A stretch of DNA of 64,000 nucleotides from Haliotis rufescens (Eukaryota): NCBI RefSeq assembly GCF_023055435.1, contig NW_025963791.1:21638001-21702000 (forward strand). The letters run 5' to 3'. The stretch's first letter is position 1, and every line of letters starts with the position of its first letter. A program made the position numbers and the translations under genes. The notes below the pieces were generated by a model. That model was not told the origin of the DNA and ran no database searches. It saw nothing but the letters and a program-made list of their open reading frames with translations. This document shows positions 63,711 to 64,000 of the stretch, in pieces.

Positions 63711-64000
63711 AATTTAGTTTGACCTTAGAGATCTTACTGGAACTGTGATCTTGCCAATGCGCGGTATACACTCACTCCCTACAACGTACAACAGGCCCTG
63801 TCAAAGATAGGTTACCCTCAAATCTCTTATTAAGTCGTAATTATAAAAAGAAATGGCATTATGATGTCGACTGACAGTGTTCATATGACAATGTGTCTAA
63901 TCTACAAAGAAACTTCGTTAAGGTGTAAGGCTCGGTCACCTGCTTCTCCGTGTTCTGGAGGGTTTTCTGCTAATGGGACATGACAATTACATTGTTTTCT

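Overview
Repeat-rich eukaryotic (animal) genomic DNA with three assembly gaps (N runs at about 20138-20310, 39117-39771 and 55298-55533). The interspersed repeats resemble those I recall from gastropod molluscs such as abalone, but this is an inference and was not searched. The only well-supported protein gene is an 8-exon + strand gene (5562-13258, 558 aa by manual splicing, all introns GT-AG and phase-consistent). It encodes a TPR-like helix pair followed by a JMJD6/JMJD4-type JmjC 2-oxoglutarate/Fe(II) oxygenase domain (HxD...H intact). The rest is non-coding: four short retroposon families sharing one 3' tail (many with clear target-site duplications, TSDs), several MITE-type DNA elements (Harbinger-, MULE-, hAT-, Tc1-like), a Helentron-associated (HINE-like) element, three large minisatellite arrays (45, 34 and 24 bp units) that account for all very long ORFs, microsatellites, and a decayed R4/Dong-like non-LTR retrotransposon 3' end. 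The most striking observation is a SINE inserted exactly at the exon 5 splice acceptor of the JmjC gene. Its TSD duplicates the acceptor, creating a poison (stop-containing) upstream site and a functional downstream one. I found no convincing evidence for a wholly new multi-gene system.
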